NCBI GenBank assembly: GCA_964195945.1
Contig: CAXMRC010000135.1
Coordinates: 16,518 to 80,517 of the forward strand
DNA length: 64,000 bases
Direction: 5' to 3'
Source: an uncultured Gemmatimonadales bacterium
GTDB taxonomy: Bacteria > Actinomycetota > Acidimicrobiia > Spongiisociales > UBA5794
The position numbers and the translations under genes were made by a program. The notes below the pieces were generated by a model. It saw nothing but the letters and a program-made list of their open reading frames with translations. It searched no databases and was not told where the DNA came from. Shown one piece after another: positions 56,868-64,000 of this stretch (position 1 is its first letter; each line of letters begins with the position of its first letter).

Positions 56868-57387
56868 CCGGATGGTCCTCGTACATGCGGGCAACACCTT
56901 CGGGCGCAGTCACCACGCACAACGCAGTTATGTCGGTGGCACCGGCTTCCTTTGCCTTGTCGACCGCCCACGACAGCGAGCCGCCGGTGGCGAGCATCGG
57001 TTCGAGGATGAGAACGGATGCGCCGTCAACTTGGGGAAGATTGACGTAGTACTCGACAGGTTCCGCGGTTTCTTCGTCTCGTTGCAGACCAGCGAAACCG
57101 ACCTTGACGTTTGGCATCAGATCAACAACAGCGTCAAGCATGCCGAGACCGGCTCGCAGCACGGCAACGGCGACAACATCTGCGAGCACATGGCCGGTGG
57201 TGTCGCCCATGGGAGTGGTAACCGTCGCCTGGTGCGTCGGGACCTCTTTAGTGGCCTCCATCACAAGCACATTCGTGAGCCGGCGTGCTGCTGCCCGAAA
57301 GGTGTCGTTGCCGGTATTGACGTCACGAAGGGTGGTCAGATAATGCCGGGCGAGCGGGTGGTCGACAACTGTCAGGTTCATTCTCAT
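56749..57387 (-). CDS. upp: Uracil phosphoribosyltransferase
   Basis: MRMNLTVVDHPLARHYLTTLRD.. The PRPP-binding motif and length (212 aa) fit Upp. Confidence 0.85.
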   Translation of the reverse strand: MRMNLTVVDHPLARHYLTTLRDVNTGNDTFRAAARRLTNVLVMEATKEVPTHQATVTTPMGDTTGHVLADVVAVAVLRAGLGMLDAVVDLMPNVKVGFAGLQRDEETAEPVEYYVNLPQVDGASVLILEPMLATGGSLSWAVDKAKEAGATDITALCVVTAPEGVARMYEDHPDVRIVAAAADEGLNDIYYIVPGLGDMGDRLFGTIDRPPL

Positions 57388-57454
57388 TCCTCCAGCGCAA
57401 GGATCGGTTTTCCGCAGAGTAGTGGCCTGGCTTGCGGTGAGGTTTGAGTTTGGC

Positions 57455-58822
57455 TTTGCCTAACTCGGGCGAGGTGTATTGCTCCTGGTCGTACTGGTTC
57501 GCCCTGGGATTCTTGGAGACTCTCGAGTGTGGAAAGATGAGAGTTATGGCACGAGAGATTACGTCGGGAAAACCGACCACACGGCGGTATTCGAATGAGG
57601 AGAAGGATCGGGCGGTTCGTCTGGTTTTCCAGCTTCGTGAGGAGTTGGGGATGTCGCAGGGGACGGTGGTTCGGGTTGCTGACCAGTTGGGTTACGGCAC
57701 CGAGTCGGTGCGCCGGTGGGTAGCCCAAGCCGAGATTGATGCCGGGGGTGTTGCGGGTATCTCGACTGCGGAGCGGGCCAAGATATAAAAGCTTGAGCAG
57801 GAAAACCGGGAGCTACGATGAGCCAACGAAATCTTGAAGCGGGCTTCGGCTTTCTTTGCGGCGGAGCTCGACCGCCCACAGAAGTAATGGTGCAGTTCAT
57901 TGACGAGAATCGTGACGACTTTGGGGTCGAGCCTATCTGTGCGACGTTGCAGGTGGCCCCATCGACATATTACGAAAACAAGTCTCGGATACCATCGGCT
58001 CGTGCGATCCGCGATGCGGTGATGATGCCGATCCTGTTGGCCCTGTTTCAGGCGAACTACTCGGTCTATGGGGTCCGGAAACTGTGGAAGGCAGCGTTAC
58101 GTGACGGTCACACGATTGGCCGTGACCAGGTGGCTCGTCTGATGAAGGCTCTTGATATTGAGGGAGTTTCACGTCGTCGACGGGTTCGCACGACCCGCCC
58201 CGACGACAAAGCCGTCCGGCCCCAAGATCTTGTCGAGCGGGACTTCACTGCCGATCAGCCGAACCAGCTGTGGGTGACGGACCTAACGTTTGTTCCGACC
58301 TGGCAAGGTGTTGGGTATGTGTGTTTCATCATCGATGCGTTCTCCCGCCAGATCGTCGGGTGGCGGGTTGCTTCCAATATGAGAACCCAGATGGTCCTCG
58401 ACGCCTTAGAGATGGCCCGCTTTTCTAGAGGCACCCGCCTCGAAGGTCTTGTGGCTCATTCCGATGCCGGGTCGCAATACACATCGATCCGATACGGGGA
58501 ACGCCTCGACGAGATCGGAGCAATACCATCGATCGGATCGGTCGGTGATTCGTTCGATAATGCACTTGCGGAGTCGGTTAACAGTCTCTACAAAGCCGAG
58601 CTGATCTACGGACCAGATCAGGGACCGTGGCGCAGCATCGAGGACGTCGAACTGGCTACTTTGGGTTGGATCCACTGGTACAACACCAAGCGGATCCACA
58701 GCTATCTCAACGACGTTCCACCGGCCGAATTCGAGGACACCTACCATGCCCAACAACGGGCAAGACAGTTGATTGGAAACCAATAGAACGAGCCTCCAAC
58801 AAACCCAGTACGCACCATACGG
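57455..58822 (+). mobile_element. IS3-family insertion sequence (orfA 57537-57788, orfB 57818-58786)
   Basis: orfA is an HTH transposase N-terminus (..AVRLVFQLREELGMSQGTVVRVADQLGYG..). orfB carries an rve DDE integrase core (WVTDLTF..IDAFSR.., HSDAGSQYTS, DSFDNALAES). The imperfect terminal inverted repeats are GGTCGTACTGGTT and AACCCAGTACGCACC. The element lies between upp and ffh. Confidence 0.75.
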
Positions 58823-59007
58823 TGGCCTGTGGCGAGGTTTGAGTTTGGCTTTGCCTAACTCAGCCAACTGCCAGCCTGCCGCTTTGCGGCCTGCAGACGT
58901 GTTGATCGGGCAGTGAGCTGCAGTTCGTAATGTGCCGCTTGCGGCACACGCGAACTGTAGGCGTGACGGGTCGCTGCGCGACCCGTCACGCCTACACTCC
59001 GGCGGAC

Positions 59008-60345
59008 ATGTTTGACACCATTAGCGATCGATTCGGCGACGTCTTCGCCACACTCCGCGGCAAGGGCCGTCTCTCTGAGGCGGACGTGGATAGCGCCCTG
59101 CGCGAAGTCCGTCTTGCGCTACTCGAGGCTGACGTCAACGTCGTGGTCGTGAAGTCCTTTCTCACCCGCGTCAAAGAACGGGCCATGGGACAGGATGTTG
59201 CCAAGAGTCTGACCCCCGGTCAGCAAGTCATCAAGATCGTGCACGAAGAACTCATCAACACGCTTGGCGAAGAAGCCCCGTTGGTGCGCCCTGCGGCTCC
59301 ACCATTGGTAATCCTGGTCGCCGGTTTGCAAGGCTCGGGTAAAACGACTTCCGCAGCCAAACTGGCAAAACTCTTGAAACGCAAGGGGAAGCGCCCGCTT
59401 CTTGTGGCTGCCGACCTGCAGCGCCCGGCTGCGATCGACCAACTGGAGACCTTGGGGAAACAGGTCGGTGTCCCTGTCTACGTTGACAGGAAGGCCAAAG
59501 CCCCTCGACTGGCCAAGGCTGCTCTGAAACACGCCCGGCAGGAGGGGTTCAACGTCGTCATCATTGATACGGCCGGACGGTTGCAAGTCGATGACGAGTT
59601 GATGAAGGAACTCGCCGCGGTCCGCAAGGCTGCTGAACCCGATGAGACCCTGCTGGTCGTCGATGCCATGACCGGCCAGGAAGCGGTCAACGTGGCCAAG
59701 GGCTTCCTCGACTACACAGAGCTAACGGGTCTCGTGATGACCAAGCTCGATGGCGATGCCCGCGGTGGTGCCGCCATTTCCGCCAGGGAGGTCACCGGGT
59801 GTCCGATCAAATTCGTCGGTCTTGGAGAAGGCCTCGATGATCTCGATGTCTTTTATCCAGAGCGGATGGCATCACGAATTCTCGGCATGGGTGACGTACT
59901 CACCCTTATCGAAAAGGCTGAGGGAGCCTACGACGAAGAGCAGGCGGCGGTGGCTGCAGAGAAACTCCGTACCGCCAGCTTTGACCTCGAAGACTTCCTC
60001 GAGCAGTTCCAACAGCTAAGAAAAATGGGTCCGCTGCAAAACTTGGTTAGTATGCTGCCCGGCGCCGGACAGGCGCTTCGTGACGTTGAGGTGAATGAGA
60101 AAGACCTGAACCGTGTCGAGGCCATCATCAGGTCGATGACTCCCACGGAGCGTCACAACCCGAAATCCATCAACGGAAGTCGGAAGCGGCGTATCGCGGC
60201 CGGGTCGGGAACACGGCCGCAGGACGTCAATGCCGTCCTCAAACAGTTCTCGGAAGCACAAAAGATGATGAAAATGATTGCCGGAGGAAAGAGCCCGATA
60301 CCGGGGCTCAATCTTCCGGGACTAGGTCGAAGCAAGAAGAGGTGA
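59008..60345 (+). CDS. ffh: Signal recognition particle protein Ffh
   Basis: The N-terminus MFDTISDRF is followed by the GTPase motif [15 protein letters not shown] and a Met-rich C-terminal M-domain. The ORF track opens at 58930 across the upstream hairpins. Confidence 0.9.
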   Translation: MFDTISDRFGDVFATLRGKGRLSEADVDSALREVRLALLEADVNVVVVKSFLTRVKERAMGQDVAKSLTPGQQVIKIVHEELINTLGEEAPLVRPAAPPLVILVAGLQGSGKTTSAAKLAKLLKRKGKRPLLVAADLQRPAAIDQLETLGKQVGVPVYVDRKAKAPRLAKAALKHARQEGFNVVIIDTAGRLQVDDELMKELAAVRKAAEPDETLLVVDAMTGQEAVNVAKGFLDYTELTGLVMTKLDGDARGGAAISAREVTGCPIKFVGLGEGLDDLDVFYPERMASRILGMGDVLTLIEKAEGAYDEEQAAVAAEKLRTASFDLEDFLEQFQQLRKMGPLQNLVSMLPGAGQALRDVEVNEKDLNRVEAIIRSMTPTERHNPKSINGSRKRRIAAGSGTRPQDVNAVLKQFSEAQKMMKMIAGGKSPIPGLNLPGLGRSKKR

Positions 60346-60350
60346 AGTAG

Positions 60351-60827
60351 ATGTCGGTCAAGATCCGCCTGACGCGGATGGGCAAGAAGAAACAACCGTC
60401 TTATCGCGTCGTAGTGGTGGACTCGCGCAAGCAGCGCGACGGGGCCTATCTCGAGCAAATCGGTCGTTATGACCCGCGTGCCGAGCCCTCGCTCGTCGAA
60501 ATCGACAATGAGCGAGCCCTCGACTGGTTGCAGAAGGGCGCCCAGCCCACCGAACGAGCCAAAAAGCTCCTGGAGATCTCCGGGGCATGGACGCGTTTTG
60601 CCGTCGACCGCGGTGAGATTCACACCGTCGGTGCATCGAAAGCAGAACCGGCGCCGGCACCAGAGCCAGAGCCCGTGGCAGTCGTAGAGCCAGAGCCCGT
60701 GGCAGTCGTAGAGCCAGAGCCAGAGCCCGTGGCAGTCGTAGAGCCAGAGCCAGAGCCCGTGCCAGCCGCAACAGAGGTCGAAGAAGAGCCTACGGACGAC
60801 GCCAGCGCTGAAAAGGTGGACGAATAG
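60351..60827 (+). CDS. rpsP: 30S ribosomal protein S16 with a C-terminal repetitive extension
   Basis: MSVKIRLTRMGKKKQPSYRVVVVDSRKQRDG is S16. The tail (EPEPVAVV)x4 is encoded by 24-27-bp tandem DNA repeats at about 60655-60765. Confidence 0.85.
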   Translation: MSVKIRLTRMGKKKQPSYRVVVVDSRKQRDGAYLEQIGRYDPRAEPSLVEIDNERALDWLQKGAQPTERAKKLLEISGAWTRFAVDRGEIHTVGASKAEPAPAPEPEPVAVVEPEPVAVVEPEPEPVAVVEPEPEPVPAATEVEEEPTDDASAEKVDE

Positions 60828-61078
60828 TGGAACAGGGCGAAATTGTCGAAAAAGTTGTTCGCTACGTAACCGAGCAGATCGTTGACGACGCCTCCAGCGT
60901 CGAGGTCGAGGTTCTGAACGACGGCCAGGATTCGGTCGTCGCTGAGGTACGTACCGCAAAAAAGGACATGGGCCGCGTCATCGGACGCCGAGGACGAGTT
61001 GCCCGTGCCATCCGTTCGGTTGCCCGAGCAGCCGGCGACGAAGAAGGACTCGACGTTCAGGTTGAGTTCCTCGACTAA
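60827..61078 (+). CDS. KH-domain RNA-binding protein (YlqC-like)
   Basis: ..VIGRRGRVARAIRSVARAA.. contains the KH GXXG loop. It holds the conserved position between rpsP and rimM. The GTG start overlaps the S16 stop. Confidence 0.7.
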   Translation: MEQGEIVEKVVRYVTEQIVDDASSVEVEVLNDGQDSVVAEVRTAKKDMGRVIGRRGRVARAIRSVARAAGDEEGLDVQVEFLD

Positions 61079-61598
61079 CCCCCAGTCCGGATCGTCAGTT
61101 GAGTCAATCAAGATTGGCTATGTTCGGCGCGCCCACGGCATCAAGGGCGCTGTTGTGATCAGGACATTGACCGACGCCCTGGATCGGTTTGCCGTCGGCA
61201 GTGTCCTCACCACGGACCGGGCCGACCGGCCAACGGTCACCATCGAGGCCATGCAGCCGCACAAGGATGGCTTGCTGGTCGCCTTGGAAGGCATCAACGA
61301 CCGCAACGACGCTGAGCAATTGCGTGGAACATCGTTCGTTATTGACGCAGCGCAGCGACGTGATCTCGGCGGCGACGAGTTTTGGCCTGACCAATTGATC
61401 GGGCTTCGTGTCGTGGCTGCAAATGGAGCTGAGCTCGGGACCGTGGTCGACATCGTCACGGGATCCGCTCAGGATCGTCTTCAAGTGCAAGGTGTCGATG
61501 GTTTGTTCGAGGTCCCATTTGTTGCCGCTCTCGTGACGGGTGTCGATGTGGAGGGCGGTGTCGTCATCGTCGACTTGCCAGTGGGAATGGCCATCTAG
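60999..61598 (+). CDS. rimM: Ribosome maturation factor RimM (start uncertain)
   Basis: ..IKIGYVRRAHGIKGAVVIRTLTD.. is the RimM N-terminal beta-barrel, and a PRC barrel follows. The only ATG (60999) overlaps the KH gene by 80 nt. In-frame GTG 61005 and TTG 61020/61062 are alternatives. Confidence 0.65.
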   Translation: MPVPSVRLPEQPATKKDSTFRLSSSTNPQSGSSVESIKIGYVRRAHGIKGAVVIRTLTDALDRFAVGSVLTTDRADRPTVTIEAMQPHKDGLLVALEGINDRNDAEQLRGTSFVIDAAQRRDLGGDEFWPDQLIGLRVVAANGAELGTVVDIVTGSAQDRLQVQGVDGLFEVPFVAALVTGVDVEGGVVIVDLPVGMAI

Positions 61599-62524
61599 GT
61601 CTCCGGCGGTGAAACGGTCTCAGGGACGCTGGTGTCGATTGGCACCCACACTCCCTCGAGATCCCCGTTTCGGGGCGACTCAGATCCAACGAACAGTTGC
61701 AGGCTCCGATGCGGCGGATCAACGAATGTGATTGTGAATTCTCCCCACATTTCGGCCCAGTCAGAGGCAATCGTCGACTGCTCGACTAGCGCCGTTGTCT
61801 CGCGGTCGTCGTAGAGGCGAGCGACCACATACGCCTCGAAAGACCGGGTGTATCCCGAAACAACGATGGGGGTCTCCGCCGGTCCCGGTGCCGGGGCGAG
61901 CACGACCACCGTCCCTGCACGCACGGCTCCAATGACAGGAGCTGCCTCGGGGTCGGGTCGGAGATCGATCACAATCCGGCTCGGTGCATCGACCGCAAAG
62001 GCCCGAAGAGCAACCGCGGCACCGGGTGTCACATGAATGTCGATTGCCAGACTCCCGCTTTCTGTTCGCACGACATACACACGGTTGACGAGGTCGCCAT
62101 CAACGAGCGAGTCGGCGACTGCGGTCCTAGCGATCGCGGTTGGCAGGTTCACCCGAACTATGCCGAGGGTCTCGTTGTACTCCACCCCGACAGGCCCCAG
62201 AGCGCCTGCGGGGGCTCCGTCGACGGTGAGTAGATCCACTGCGACGCGTTCGCAGCCAGGATGACCCGCCCAGCGGATCCCCGAAATCTGCGTCGCATCG
62301 CCGCTGGCGCCACCGAACGCTGAAATGACGCCTGCGCTCGCAAAGGGCCGATCGCCGGCCAGACACGGTGAGTCGTCTTGGAGCGGTGGCTCGGCTGAGG
62401 CGGTGGTTATTGCCGCGGGCGTCTCCGGCGGGGTACTCGTGGTTGTCGTTGACGTCCCGATGTCCAGCGAAGTACATCCGACGGCGACGATGGCGAACAT
62501 GGCGATAAGTAGAACCCGGCGCAT
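61595..62524 (-). CDS. Lipoprotein with GerMN/Gmad2-like beta-sandwich domains
   Basis: Signal peptide plus lipobox MRRVLLIAMFAIVAVGCTS, then a Thr/Pro linker. The domain call is a tentative pattern match. The ORF extends to 62704. Confidence 0.45.
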   Translation of the reverse strand: MRRVLLIAMFAIVAVGCTSLDIGTSTTTTSTPPETPAAITTASAEPPLQDDSPCLAGDRPFASAGVISAFGGASGDATQISGIRWAGHPGCERVAVDLLTVDGAPAGALGPVGVEYNETLGIVRVNLPTAIARTAVADSLVDGDLVNRVYVVRTESGSLAIDIHVTPGAAVALRAFAVDAPSRIVIDLRPDPEAAPVIGAVRAGTVVVLAPAPGPAETPIVVSGYTRSFEAYVVARLYDDRETTALVEQSTIASDWAEMWGEFTITFVDPPHRSLQLFVGSESPRNGDLEGVWVPIDTSVPETVSPPET

Positions 62525-62613
62525 AACAAGCGAGCTTACCGATTGTTGCCATCCGCTTGACAATTGGACGATATTCATCAAATATACGAATAACTTCGTC
62601 CATTTGAGTAACT

Positions 62614-63978
62614 GTGACCGATCAACAATCCGACGAGCAGCAGAGTATGAGAACCTTTGTCGCCGTATGGGCAGGCCAATTCGTATCTCTGGTCGGCACC
62701 TCACTCACCGGATTCGCTCTGTCTATCTGGGTCTATCAAGAGACAGGATCGGTAACCAAGCTCTCGTTCGTCCTGCTTGCTTCCCAGGCGCCGCAGATTC
62801 TGTTCACTCCGATCGCAGGTGCGCTTGTGGACAGGTGGGATCGGCGGTGGGCGATGATCCTCGCCGACACCGGAGCAGGGATCGGGACACTGGCGATCGC
62901 CCTTCTGCTGTTTACAGACAACCTGGAGATATGGCATCTGTATGTCGCTCTCGGTTTCTCAGGCATATTCCAGTCGTTCCAATGGCCCGCCTACTCGGCG
63001 GCGACCACGCTGCTCGTTTCCAAGGAGCAATACGGGCGCGCCGCGGGAATGGTGCAAATGGCCGAGGCCGTCGGCCAAGTGATCGCACCTGCCGTCGCTG
63101 GAGCGTTGCTGGTCTTTGGTGGCCTCGAGACGGTGATCTTTATCGACGTTGTGAGTTTTCTCGCCGCGGTGGCGACGCTTCTGGTCGTGCGATTCCCCCA
63201 GCCTGAGAAGTCGGAGGCCGGGGCGGCTGCGAAAGGGTCGTTGCTCAGCGAAGCTCGCTTTGGATGGACATACATCAAGCAACGACACGGCCTCCTAGCG
63301 CTCCTTGTCTACTTCTCGAGTGTGAATCTGATCTTCGGATTCTTCGGCGTCCTCGTCTTTCCGCTGATCTTGGGATTTGCGGATGAAGTCGCCATGGGCA
63401 ACACGTTTACGGCTGCCGGCGTCGGCATGGTGATCGGCAGTCTCGTTATGAGCACTTGGGGCGGTCCGAAACGACGTGTGTACGGCGTGCTCGGAGGCGA
63501 CGTGGTGCTCGGCATAGCCCTAATCCTGTTCGGCATCCGACCCTCCCTTGTGCCCGTGGTGATCGGCGGGGTCATTGGCTTTTTTGTGATCCCGATTGCT
63601 AACGGATCAAGCCAGGCGCTGTGGCAAGCAAAAGTCGAACCTGACATCCAAGGCCGTGTCTTTGCGGTCCGGCGGGTTCTCGCTCAGATTGCGGGACCGG
63701 TGGCCATGCTTATGGCGGGGCCGCTTGCAGATCGAGTGTTTGAGCCTCTGTTGCAGGAGGATGGGGCGCTCGCCGACACTGTCGGTTCGGTCATCGGAGT
63801 AGGCCCCGGCAGGGGAATCGCCTTTTTGTTCATCATTCTGGGAGGCCTATCCATCGTGTTCACGCTTATTGCGTTCATGTATCCGCGGCTGCGGAACCTC
63901 GAAGACGAGATTCCCGACTACGACGAGGTCGGAGCTTCTGTTCCTTCGACCATCCTGGAACCGTCTCAGCAGCTGTAG
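62614..63978 (+). CDS. MFS transporter
   Basis: 12 predicted TM helices. The motif-A-like GALVDRWDRR sits between TM2 and TM3. Confidence 0.75.
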   Translation: MTDQQSDEQQSMRTFVAVWAGQFVSLVGTSLTGFALSIWVYQETGSVTKLSFVLLASQAPQILFTPIAGALVDRWDRRWAMILADTGAGIGTLAIALLLFTDNLEIWHLYVALGFSGIFQSFQWPAYSAATTLLVSKEQYGRAAGMVQMAEAVGQVIAPAVAGALLVFGGLETVIFIDVVSFLAAVATLLVVRFPQPEKSEAGAAAKGSLLSEARFGWTYIKQRHGLLALLVYFSSVNLIFGFFGVLVFPLILGFADEVAMGNTFTAAGVGMVIGSLVMSTWGGPKRRVYGVLGGDVVLGIALILFGIRPSLVPVVIGGVIGFFVIPIANGSSQALWQAKVEPDIQGRVFAVRRVLAQIAGPVAMLMAGPLADRVFEPLLQEDGALADTVGSVIGVGPGRGIAFLFIILGGLSIVFTLIAFMYPRLRNLEDEIPDYDEVGASVPSTILEPSQQL

Positions 63979-64000
63979 GTGCGGTGATACCGTTACGGCA

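Noticed and set aside
57444-57536. An N-terminal 31-aa extension of IS3 orfA (MSLALPNSGEVYCSWSYWFALGFLETLECGK)
   Set aside because: This portion covers the element's terminal inverted repeat, and GGAAAG precedes the internal ATG at 57537. IS3 OrfA proteins start near the HTH.
60358-60771. A 137-aa minus-strand ORF (RALALALRLP repeats) opposite rpsP
   Set aside because: It is the antisense reading of the S16 tail repeats. S16 identity on the plus strand is unambiguous.

Overview
This is a high-GC, actinobacterial-type chromosomal window, gene-dense and mostly housekeeping. Many adjacent genes are translationally coupled by ATGA/GTGA start-stop overlaps. Genes I recognise from motifs, in order along the window: mcr, dihydropyrimidinase, add, dtd, inhA/fabI, ddl, rpmB, recG-rsmD-coaD, yceD-rpmF-plsX-rnc-fpg, smc, ftsY, cdd, etfBA, a purine nucleoside phosphorylase, deoA, upp, ffh-rpsP-KH-rimM, and an MFS transporter. 

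Multi-gene clusters of note:
- A coupled operon at the left edge: the 3' end of an upstream gene, then a HerA-like HAS-barrel ATPase, SbcD(Mre11) and SbcC(Rad50). This is an archaeal-style HerA-Mre11-Rad50 arrangement.
- A minus-strand coupled operon of a Cas4-like 4-Cys PD-(D/E)XK nuclease, an AdnA-like helicase-nuclease and an AdnB-like helicase-nuclease.
- Two two-component systems, one of them next to a zinc-ribbon membrane protein with 42-bp tandem repeats.
- An envelope cluster: a PAP2 phosphatase fused to a Hanks-type kinase-like domain, a coupled lipoprotein, a second PAP2 and a flippase-like membrane protein.
- One IS3-family insertion between upp and ffh, flanked by ~40-bp direct repeats.

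The least explained signals are non-coding:
- A ~740-nt gene-free region (24240-24975) packed with about eleven cUUCGg tetraloop hairpins.
- A second ~280-nt region (30256-30530) rich in GNRA hairpins that ends in an almost identical ~55-nt terminal hairpin module.

Both read as plus-strand structured RNAs of no family I can name. I found no CRISPR array, tRNA or rRNA.
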